24,084 nucleotides of DNA from a virus. Its lineage: Duplodnaviria; Caudoviricetes. The notes below the pieces were generated by a model. The model did not search any database. It had not been told where the DNA came from and was given only the letters and a program-made list of their open reading frames with translations. Of the stretch, positions 1 to 7,611 are shown piece by piece. The stretch covers positions 1 to 24,084 of IMG/VR virus record IMGVR_UViG_3300026187_000090. The stretch is one strand, 5' to 3'. Position numbers and translations under genes: made by a program. Every line of letters begins with the position of its first letter. Within the stretch, counting starts at the first letter, position 1.

Positions 1-11
1 TGGAGGATATA

Positions 12-245
12 ATGATTAAAATAAATATGACTAAACAAGATTATAACAAAATCAAATTTAAAAATCATCATGATCAGTTAAGACTTATAAGACATGATTA
101 CAGTAACTATGATTCTGTTATTAATGACGACAACTGGAAATATGTAACAACTAAGTTTGTAAACGAGATTACAATACACTTTCCTGTTTTAATAAATGCT
201 GCGAAGCAATGGGCTTCGTATAAGTTAACTAACTACATAAGATAA
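12..245 (+). CDS. hypothetical early phage protein (77 aa)
   Basis: ORF with GGAGG RBS at 2-6; no recognised motif. Confidence 0.75.
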   Translation: MIKINMTKQDYNKIKFKNHHDQLRLIRHDYSNYDSVINDDNWKYVTTKFVNEITIHFPVLINAAKQWASYKLTNYIR

Positions 246-266
246 TTAACCTGGAGGATAAATAAT

Positions 267-626
267 ATGATTAACTTTGATAAATATAAAATCGAGCAAG
301 TAAGATTAATTCATAACGCTTTTAGAAAAGACGAGAGAGATCACGTTGCGTCTTACATACCTGAAAATCCATATGCAGAGCCTACACAAGTAATGGAAAA
401 TTTGTTTAGTTTAACTCAAAATATTGAAGAGTCTTGGGTTAAAAATGCTCAAGTAGAACTTGCTTGTAACTATGAAAGTGACGGTAAGTTTACTATGTGT
501 CCAAACGTTGATACTAGATCAACTTGTGTTGGTGATGTAATGGAAATTTGTTACCCAAGTGAAAACGGTAATGGGTATAGAACTGTAAGTTACGTTGTAG
601 CTGACGTTGGTTTTAAAAGAATATAA
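267..626 (+). CDS. hypothetical early protein, possibly YodL-like
   Basis: GGAGG RBS; C-terminal RSTCVGDVM...YVVADVGFKRI resembles the YodL-like S-x-S-V-x-D...Y-x-V-x-x-x-GF pattern. Confidence 0.6.
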   Translation: MINFDKYKIEQVRLIHNAFRKDERDHVASYIPENPYAEPTQVMENLFSLTQNIEESWVKNAQVELACNYESDGKFTMCPNVDTRSTCVGDVMEICYPSENGNGYRTVSYVVADVGFKRI

Positions 627-646
627 TTTAACAAGGAGGATATAAT

Positions 647-1000
647 ATGGCTACTAAATTAGCAAAAAACGGTGAGTACTTAGAATACATTACAATAAGA
701 CCAGTTGGTGGTTTATCAATTGATCAGATTGCAACAGCAATTCTATTTTATCATGCTGATACTTATGATTATAAAACTGGTAAAACAGATAAACATAATA
801 TTAGACAATTCTTTAACAAATATAATACCTGGAATAAAATTATGGGTAGAGTAAAAGATGTAATTTACGAAGAAGGTATGAGTAGATTAGATTATGCTTG
901 GGAAAATATTCAGAATTATGAAACTCAATTGGAAAATGTTAAACAACAAATTAAAGATAGATATAATTCTTTAATTGGAACTAAAAAGGAGGATAAATAA
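647..1000 (+). CDS. hypothetical early protein (117 aa)
   Basis: AAGGAGG RBS at 633-639. Confidence 0.75.
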   Translation: MATKLAKNGEYLEYITIRPVGGLSIDQIATAILFYHADTYDYKTGKTDKHNIRQFFNKYNTWNKIMGRVKDVIYEEGMSRLDYAWENIQNYETQLENVKQQIKDRYNSLIGTKKEDK

Positions 1001-1419
1001 TGACTAAAGAATATGTAATGCAGCCTAAAGATTATAAATTACCATCGGGGTATGATGTTAATGTTGATGAAGAATACAAACAAATGCTTGTAAAATATCC
1101 AACATTTGAATCAATACAAGTTGGTAATATTACTATGTCATCTAAATATAAACAAAATATGAAAGGTGAAATGGAAGATAGAAAAACTGCTTTATGGTAT
1201 CATTGGCAAGCTACAAAAGCGTTATCTTATATTGATACAATGATTAAACTTTATGAAGAGCCTGAATATAATTATAAAAAATTATCACCAGGTGCTTATT
1301 TAGTTGCTAAAGAAAAAATTGAATCAGACATTAAAGGTTATAAAGAAGATATAGCTAAAGCTGATGTTTGGTATAATTTAATTAAACTTAAAATGGAGGA
1401 AAATAATGAAAATAAATAA
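1000..1419 (+). CDS. hypothetical early protein (139 aa)
   Basis: AAGGAGG RBS; TAATG stop/start overlap. Confidence 0.75.
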   Translation: MTKEYVMQPKDYKLPSGYDVNVDEEYKQMLVKYPTFESIQVGNITMSSKYKQNMKGEMEDRKTALWYHWQATKALSYIDTMIKLYEEPEYNYKKLSPGAYLVAKEKIESDIKGYKEDIAKADVWYNLIKLKMEENNENK

Positions 1420-1576
1420 TAAAAAAATAAAATACGTCAAAGTTGCATTAAAAGAAGACGTAAAAAATAACCCTAATAGACCTTTAAACGAGCTTATGGA
1501 ATTAGTTCGTCTTATTAAAGATCAGTACGATGATAAAATAAACTTTACAATAAAAGGAAATCAATATGTCAGATAA
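1406..1576 (+). CDS. hypothetical protein, 56 aa (MKINNKKIKYVKVALKEDV...NQYVR), not in ORF track
   Basis: Hand-translated; GGAGG RBS at 1395-1399; fills gap between neighbours. Confidence 0.7.
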   Translation: MKINNKKIKYVKVALKEDVKNNPNRPLNELMELVRLIKDQYDDKINFTIKGNQYVR

Positions 1577-1652
1577 TCAAAAATTAATATTATTTGTGTT
1601 TATAGTAACAATACTAGGTAACGGATTAGCTAACTATACTTATTGGGGGTAA
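1566..1652 (+). CDS. 28-aa single-pass membrane peptide (MSDNQKLILFVFIVTILGNGLANYTYWG)
   Basis: Hand-translated; AAGGA RBS; hydrophobic core; tiles between adjacent ORFs. Confidence 0.55.
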   Translation: MSDNQKLILFVFIVTILGNGLANYTYWG

Positions 1653-1654
1653 TT

Positions 1655-1894
1655 ATGAATGATAAATCAATTTATGAAAGTAATATAAAACCAGTTATAA
1701 CTAAAAAATTTGAAAAGGATATACAACTTTTTTTAGTTAAAAAAACTGTAACGAAAACAAATGATGAGCCTACCGCTGCACAAGTTGCATTAAAGGCATC
1801 TAAATTAATAAAAGATATAGTTGAGTCTGATGAAAAAAATTTATTCAGCTTAATTAATATTTTAAATAATCATAATAAATTTTATGGAGGATAA
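1655..1894 (+). CDS. hypothetical protein
   Basis: Start moved to ATG 1655, which follows a GGGGG RBS-like run. Confidence 0.65.
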   Translation: MNDKSIYESNIKPVITKKFEKDIQLFLVKKTVTKTNDEPTAAQVALKASKLIKDIVESDEKNLFSLINILNNHNKFYGG

Positions 1895-1895
1895 T

Positions 1896-2129
1896 ATGGT
1901 TGAAATACCTATATGGATGTTATTTTTATTTACTTTTTCTATTTTTATTTTGTTTATGATGTTAATAGAAGCTAATAATAAAATAAAAAATGTAAATTTA
2001 CAGACAATTATTAATTCGCAAATAGTTTCAAAATCTTTTGAAGAGATTGCAATTGATATAGATGAAATACATAAAACTGTAACTAAATTAGATGCTGAAT
2101 ATGAATACTCAAAAAACAAAAAAACTTAG
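1896..2129 (+). CDS. membrane-anchored hypothetical protein
   Basis: GGAGG at 1886-1890 favours ATG 1896; N-terminal hydrophobic helix IWMLFLFTFSIFILFMMLI. Confidence 0.7.
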   Translation: MVEIPIWMLFLFTFSIFILFMMLIEANNKIKNVNLQTIINSQIVSKSFEEIAIDIDEIHKTVTKLDAEYEYSKNKKT

Positions 2130-2319
2130 ACTTGTGGTAGATAATACTGTATCTGGTAAAATTAAAGATATATTAATTAGACAAGAAAAGTTAATAAAGG
2201 CTAAGATTCAATTGCAAAAAGATAGGGAGATAATAAATGAATACTTAAAAAAATATGAAAATGAAATAATTTTGTTAGAGAATAAAATAGAAAAAATACA
2301 AGGGAGGAATAAATGTTAG
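2092..2319 (+). CDS. hypothetical coiled-coil protein
   Basis: ORF overlapping both neighbours; heptad-like L/I pattern; start could be 2101. Confidence 0.6.
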   Translation: MLNMNTQKTKKLRLVVDNTVSGKIKDILIRQEKLIKAKIQLQKDREIINEYLKKYENEIILLENKIEKIQGRNKC

Positions 2320-4598
2320 TTGAAGAGTTAAAAAAACTTGAGACCTTAGGCCCAATAGGTATTAAAGTTAAATCAGAATTAAAGTTATTATATGATGATT
2401 TAGATAATAGATCTTCTGGTAAACTTAAGCCTGGTGTAATTAGAATGATTGATAAACATAAAATGGATTTTGATATTTTTATTCAGTTATCACATTCAAT
2501 GATTGCCACCGGGACATCCGAAGGCCAAAAACTAACTGCCTTAGCAATTGCTATAGGTGACAGGGTAAGAAATTATTATCAGTTACCTAAAAAATCTGAA
2601 TACTCATTAAGACTAGGTGTATTTATCCTTAATGCTTACGCCAAACTTGAGCTTGTGTTAATTAAATTAGTGCAAGATTATTCATTTAACAAAGCTAAGA
2701 CGGTTTACAAAGTATATGCAGGTTATAAACGTGGAGATTTGAGGAAACTTGTAAAAGAGTTTAGTAAGGTTAGTGATCCGTTTAAACCATTATTAAAACA
2801 ATCAGATGATTGGGAGTATGGGACACTTAAAATACGTAATGGTGAAGTTATTAAACTAATTAAGGAAGCTAAAGTAGATACTTTATCTAAAATTAATTAT
2901 AATAATACACCTATAGTGTTAAAAGCTATAAACAAAAAACAAAAAATTGCTTACACAGTTAATCGTAAGGTTTTTAATGTTTATAAGTGGGCCTTAAAAA
3001 CTGATCAAAATTGTTTTGAGCATAATAGTGTTGATACTATAAGTAAAGAGCGTAAAGAAGCTAAGAAAAACGAAGCATACCATGTTTTGAAAGCTTCAGA
3101 ACCTTATGTTGATAAGATTTTCTATCAACAATATCAAGCTGATAACAGAGGTAGGTTTTATCCTTTATCTGCTTACTTAAACGAACTTAACTCAGATAAC
3201 GCTAAAGGTATGTTATCTTTTGCTAAGGGCCAACCGTTAGGTGAAACCGGATTACATGAATTTTATCACCATATAGCTAATATGTGGGGCGAAGATAAAT
3301 TAACTCATGATGAAAAGGTTAAATTTATAGAGAAAAATTATTACAACTTTGTAAATTACGGTAAAGACCCTTACAATAATAAAGGTTGGATGAAAGCTGA
3401 AGAGCCGTTTCAATTTTTATCATCTGTTATTGAGTTATATGAATTAGATCAACATTTTGTTTCATGTGGTGATGTTAAAGATTTTATATCATACACAATT
3501 TGTTACAGAGACGGGTCTAATAATGGTTTACAATGGTTATTTAGTTTAGCTAAAGATGATAAAAATGCTCATCTTGTAAATATTAAACCTACTAACGATA
3601 ATAAACCAGGAGACATGTATAGTTATGTAGCTTCTAAAGTAAGTCAAATTATGCATGAAGATGCTAAAAACGCTACGGATCTAGCGTTGCAATACTATAA
3701 CTTATATTTTAAAACTATAGAACGTTTAAGAAATAGGTTTAGAGTTGCTGAGTTAAATAATGATCCAAATACTGAACTTAAGAAAAAAGTAATAAAGTGG
3801 TATCAGAAAAGATATAAAGAAGAGTTAAAACTTACTGATATTATTTATTGGGATAAGGCTAAGTTCACGTTAAAAGAATGGCGTAAGATAGTAAAGCGTA
3901 ATGTTATGACTTACGGTTATTCTGCAACTAAGCAAGGTATGGGTCAGCAGATAATTGATGATACTAGAGATATAGACAATGTTTATCTCTCTAACAAACA
4001 ACACTCATCTGCTCGTAAACTTGGTTCATGTGTTTATACAACTATTGAATCTGAGTTCCCAATGGTATCTGAAACAATGAAACTATTTAAAGATAATTGT
4101 GATGCTTATATGAGAAAAAATAATAAGCAATACAGTCACAATACTTTAATTAGTAATTTTCCATTTGTTCAAAACTATGTAAAATACAAAAACACAAAAG
4201 TAAAAGTTACTGACGGTTTATATGTACAAAATAATGATAAAAAGTATGTATGGATTAATAATGCACAATTTGTCATTAAGTCTGAATTGCCTGTGTTAAA
4301 TATTGCAAAAGCAAAATCTGCAATATCACCTAACTCAATTCATAATTTAGACTCATTACATTTAATGTTAGTTATTGATGCTTGTGATTTTGACATTGTA
4401 TCAGCTCATGACTCTTATGGGTCTCATGCTTGTAATGTAACCAATATGCAAAAGGTTATTAGAGATAATTTTAAATTAATTATAGACTCTAAACCCCTGG
4501 AGCATGTTTTAAATCAAACTGGTAATTTAGTTCCCATGATCAAACAAGGTAATCTTGATAGTTCAGAGATATTAAATTCTGAGTTTGCTTTCAACTAA
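2313..4598 (+). CDS. T7-like single-subunit DNA-directed RNA polymerase (761 aa)
   Basis: DNRGRFYP (T7 DWRGRVY), motif A RDGSNNGLQ, motif B RKIVKRNVMTYGY, PNSIHNLDS, motif C AHDSYG, C-terminal EFAFN (T7 DFAFA); GGAGG RBS. Confidence 0.96.
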   Translation: MLVEELKKLETLGPIGIKVKSELKLLYDDLDNRSSGKLKPGVIRMIDKHKMDFDIFIQLSHSMIATGTSEGQKLTALAIAIGDRVRNYYQLPKKSEYSLRLGVFILNAYAKLELVLIKLVQDYSFNKAKTVYKVYAGYKRGDLRKLVKEFSKVSDPFKPLLKQSDDWEYGTLKIRNGEVIKLIKEAKVDTLSKINYNNTPIVLKAINKKQKIAYTVNRKVFNVYKWALKTDQNCFEHNSVDTISKERKEAKKNEAYHVLKASEPYVDKIFYQQYQADNRGRFYPLSAYLNELNSDNAKGMLSFAKGQPLGETGLHEFYHHIANMWGEDKLTHDEKVKFIEKNYYNFVNYGKDPYNNKGWMKAEEPFQFLSSVIELYELDQHFVSCGDVKDFISYTICYRDGSNNGLQWLFSLAKDDKNAHLVNIKPTNDNKPGDMYSYVASKVSQIMHEDAKNATDLALQYYNLYFKTIERLRNRFRVAELNNDPNTELKKKVIKWYQKRYKEELKLTDIIYWDKAKFTLKEWRKIVKRNVMTYGYSATKQGMGQQIIDDTRDIDNVYLSNKQHSSARKLGSCVYTTIESEFPMVSETMKLFKDNCDAYMRKNNKQYSHNTLISNFPFVQNYVKYKNTKVKVTDGLYVQNNDKKYVWINNAQFVIKSELPVLNIAKAKSAISPNSIHNLDSLHLMLVIDACDFDIVSAHDSYGSHACNVTNMQKVIRDNFKLIIDSKPLEHVLNQTGNLVPMIKQGNLDSSEILNSEFAFN

Positions 4599-4608
4599 AG
4601 GAGATAAT

Positions 4609-4755
4609 ATGTTAGATAAAATGTTATACGAATTTCTCAATTGGTGTAATAAAATTGAGGATAAGATTAGGTTAAACTTAGTCATATATCGAGAAGGAGT
4701 TATTGGTTATGTGCTAGGTTTACTGACATGGCTAATATTAAAATTAATATTTTAG
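4609..4755 (+). CDS. 48-aa protein with C-terminal membrane helix, not in ORF track
   Basis: Hand-translated MLDKMLYEFLNWC...GVIGYVLGLLTWLILKLIF; AAGGAG RBS. Confidence 0.65.
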   Translation: MLDKMLYEFLNWCNKIEDKIRLNLVIYREGVIGYVLGLLTWLILKLIF

Positions 4756-4771
4756 AAGGGAGGTAATGTAA

Positions 4772-4978
4772 ATGAGTAACTTTACTATTATTGTTAAAAA
4801 CAATGATATAAATAAGGCAATAAGTAAAATGAAAACCAAAGTATCTAAATTAGGTATTTTGAAACACTACAAAATGCGCTCTCGTTATGAAAAACCATCA
4901 GAAAAGAGAGTAAGGTTAAAAAAGGCTAATATAATAAATAGCCTGAAAAATAAAAGAAAAAGAGAAAAATACCTTTAA
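4772..4978 (+). CDS. rpsU: 30S ribosomal protein bS21 (phage-encoded)
   Basis: 68 aa, basic; IIVKNNDINKAISKMK...GILKHYKMRSRYEKPSEKR matches the bS21 Y-E-K-P-S signature; GGAGGT RBS. Confidence 0.92.
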   Translation: MSNFTIIVKNNDINKAISKMKTKVSKLGILKHYKMRSRYEKPSEKRVRLKKANIINSLKNKRKREKYL

Positions 4979-4987
4979 TCTCTTAAT

Positions 4988-5036
4988 TAGTAAGCGTGGT
5001 AATTTAGGCAAATAAAGCTTAAAGCCACGCTTATTA
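4988..5036 (+). promoter_or_regulatory. long bulged hairpin after rpsU (processing site or terminator)
   Basis: TAGTAAGCGTGGT (4988-5000)/GCCACGCTTATTA (5024-5036) plus TTTAGGC (5003-5009)/GCTTAAA (5017-5023). Confidence 0.6.
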
Positions 5037-5101
5037 AAAAGGTTCCCTTACAGACTACAGTGCAAAATGTGCTGATATTTAATATAACAATTGGAGAAAA
5101 T

Positions 5102-5467
5102 ATGCCTAGAGGTGGATATAGACCTGGTGCTGGTAGAAAACCTTTTAAAAAAGATAAAATTGAGTCTTCCATTGATAAAATGAAAAGGCTTAAATTAGAT
5201 CCGATTGATATATTAAATGAAGAATTAAAAAAATTAGAAGGCAAAGAAGACTCTAAATCACAAGTTTTAAGGGTTCGTATAGCTGAGAAACTGTTAGAAT
5301 ACGGTTACTCTAAACAACCGGTTTCATTACATACATCTGGTATGGCAAATGTGCCTTTACTTACAATAGTCCAGAAAAATGAATCAATGAAACAAGCTGA
5401 TAAGGTTATACAACAAATTACTAATGATGATGAAACCAATGAAAAAGAAAAAACCGAAACTAACTGA
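5102..5467 (+). CDS. terS: probable terminase small subunit
   Basis: Starts MPRGGYRPGAGRKP, a frequent TerS N-terminus; GGAG RBS at 5093-5096; lies upstream of terL. Confidence 0.7.
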   Translation: MPRGGYRPGAGRKPFKKDKIESSIDKMKRLKLDPIDILNEELKKLEGKEDSKSQVLRVRIAEKLLEYGYSKQPVSLHTSGMANVPLLTIVQKNESMKQADKVIQQITNDDETNEKEKTETN

Positions 5468-6233
5468 GAAAGTTTATAAAGTTTACGTTACACACTATAC
5501 TGACGGATTTTTTTATATTGGTTTTACCAGTAAATCTGGAAAATCATTAGAATCTTATTTTGGATCGAATACGATCAAAGATAAGCTGGTAGATCATAAA
5601 GAAATAGTTTTTACTTCTAAAAGTAAAGCTACTGCTAAACTCTTTGAGTTGCTGCTTCAATTATCCATGTTGGATTCCCCGAAGTGTGTAAACGACATGT
5701 TAAATGTTCGGGTTAGAGCCAGCCATATGAGAGATCTGCCTAAGTTTAATATAATGTTTAAAGAAAGTAAATACAACTTACCGATAAATATGAATAAATC
5801 AAAATTAAGAGAACAATTAAAAATTGATGAAGGTGTTAGATACGAAATATATAATGACCATTTAGGTTATGCTACTTTTGGTATAGGTCACTTGGTTACA
5901 CCAAGCGATGAAGAGTATGGTCAAAAATTAGGCACACCAGTATCTGAAACCAGGGTTAATGAAGTTTTTGATAATGATATTGAAAAATATATTAATGAAT
6001 CTAAAAAAGTATTTGATAATTTTAATGAATTACCAGATGAAGCTCAACAAGTAATTGTTAATATGTGTTTTAATTTAGGTTCTACAAGATTAAGTAAGTT
6101 TAAAAAGTTTATATCAGCAATAAAAAAAGAAGATTGGAAGACCGCTTCAGCAGAAATGTTAGATAGTAAATGGGCTACACAAGTTGGTGATAGAGCAAAA
6201 AGATTAAGTGAAAGAATTAAAAATATTAGTTGA
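5424..6233 (+). CDS. GIY-YIG-like domain fused to T4-type (GH24) lysozyme/endolysin
   Basis: N-term KVYVTHY..FFYIGFT..SYFGS..E..CVN; C-term from Met at 5790 has DEGVRYEIYNDHLGYATFGIGHL (E-x8-D-x5-T triad), NMCFNLG, SKWATQVGDRAKRL; start may be 5439. Confidence 0.85.
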   Translation: MMMKPMKKKKPKLTEKVYKVYVTHYTDGFFYIGFTSKSGKSLESYFGSNTIKDKLVDHKEIVFTSKSKATAKLFELLLQLSMLDSPKCVNDMLNVRVRASHMRDLPKFNIMFKESKYNLPINMNKSKLREQLKIDEGVRYEIYNDHLGYATFGIGHLVTPSDEEYGQKLGTPVSETRVNEVFDNDIEKYINESKKVFDNFNELPDEAQQVIVNMCFNLGSTRLSKFKKFISAIKKEDWKTASAEMLDSKWATQVGDRAKRLSERIKNIS

Positions 6234-6325
6234 AATACAAAAAATTGGAGACAGATTAATAAGTTCGCCGATATTTACATGAAGTATTCAGAATAAATAT
6301 AATAATATTATAAGGGAGTTAATTA

Positions 6326-7609
6326 ATGAGTAATCAATATGAAATTAGCCTTTTCCCGTTTCAACAAGAAGTTTTTGATAATGAATCTAGATTTAAAATA
6401 GTTGCTGCAGGCCGTAGAACAGGTAAATCTTATTTAGCCTCTGTTATGGCTTACAGTCATTGTTTAGAGCACAGAAATCAGAGAGCAATATTAATAGGGC
6501 CAACAGTCTCTATGATTAGAGAGTCTATGTGGACAACACTTAAAAATATTGTACATCCTTCTCATTTAGAAGGTTTTCCAAGAGAAATGGATCTAGAATT
6601 AAGATTTATAAATGGATCTAAACTATCCTTAAAAGGTTTTGATAGACCAGACTCTTTAAGAGGTATTTCACCATCACCTACATTTATTGTGTTAGATGAA
6701 TTTGCTTTTATTAAACAAAATGCATTTACAGAAGTAGTTTTGCCTATGGCAACCGATCCTAATAGAAAAGCTAAAGTACTTATAATTAGTACACCAAAAG
6801 GTATTTCTAATGATTTTTATCAGTTGTTTAATAAGGGCCAAGAAGATAATCCTTTGTGGAAAAGTTGGCAATTTACTGCTGAAAAAGTAAGACCGGATAT
6901 GAAGGAAGAAATAGAATTAGCCAGGTCTACATTGGACTTAAAAACATATCAACAAGAATACTGCGCAACCTTTTCTTCTACAGGTGATAGTGTATTCTAC
7001 AATTTTAATAGAGAAATAAATGTATCAGATAATCTTACACCATTAGGTGAAGACGAACCTGTTCACATTGCAATTGACTTTAACGTCAAGATAATGGCAA
7101 GTAGTGTATTCGCTAAACGTGGAGATCAACTACATTGTCTAAATGAATTTTATGGTTCTGCTGATACCCATCAACTTATTCGTAAGATAAAATCAGTATA
7201 TAAAAAGCACGATATTACTGTATATCCAGATGCTTCTGGTAATGCAAGAAAGACATCTGCAACCACAGGTGTTACTGACTTTTCATTACTAAGAAATGCT
7301 GGGTTTAAAGTATGTGCTCGTAGTAAACAACCGCCTATTATAGATAGCGTTAACTGTGTTAATCATCTATTAAAGGATGCTAATGGTATGACCAGATTGT
7401 ACTTCAGTAAAGATGTTACAAGAACAATAGCTTCTATGGAAACAACATCCTGGAAGACAGGTTCTAGTAATGGTATGGATAATGCTTTCATAGATAAATC
7501 TAAGGGAGCAGAACATTTCTCTGATGGAGTAAGATATATATGTGAGTACCTTTATCCTATAAATAAAACTAAACCGTCTGTTATCCGTGATAAGAGTTGG
7601 AGCTTTTAG
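6326..7609 (+). CDS. terL: terminase large subunit
   Basis: Walker A AAGRRTGKS, Walker B FIVLDE, ISTPKG coupling motif, nuclease motifs AIDFN, YPDASG, HFSDGVRY. Confidence 0.95.
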   Translation: MSNQYEISLFPFQQEVFDNESRFKIVAAGRRTGKSYLASVMAYSHCLEHRNQRAILIGPTVSMIRESMWTTLKNIVHPSHLEGFPREMDLELRFINGSKLSLKGFDRPDSLRGISPSPTFIVLDEFAFIKQNAFTEVVLPMATDPNRKAKVLIISTPKGISNDFYQLFNKGQEDNPLWKSWQFTAEKVRPDMKEEIELARSTLDLKTYQQEYCATFSSTGDSVFYNFNREINVSDNLTPLGEDEPVHIAIDFNVKIMASSVFAKRGDQLHCLNEFYGSADTHQLIRKIKSVYKKHDITVYPDASGNARKTSATTGVTDFSLLRNAGFKVCARSKQPPIIDSVNCVNHLLKDANGMTRLYFSKDVTRTIASMETTSWKTGSSNGMDNAFIDKSKGAEHFSDGVRYICEYLYPINKTKPSVIRDKSWSF

Positions 7610-7611
7610 TA

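Noticed and set aside
6231-6296. Possible TGA readthrough extending the lysozyme by 20 codons, or stop-codon reassignment
   Set aside because: The lysozyme domain is already complete, 20 open codons can occur by chance, and long genes read through intact with the standard code
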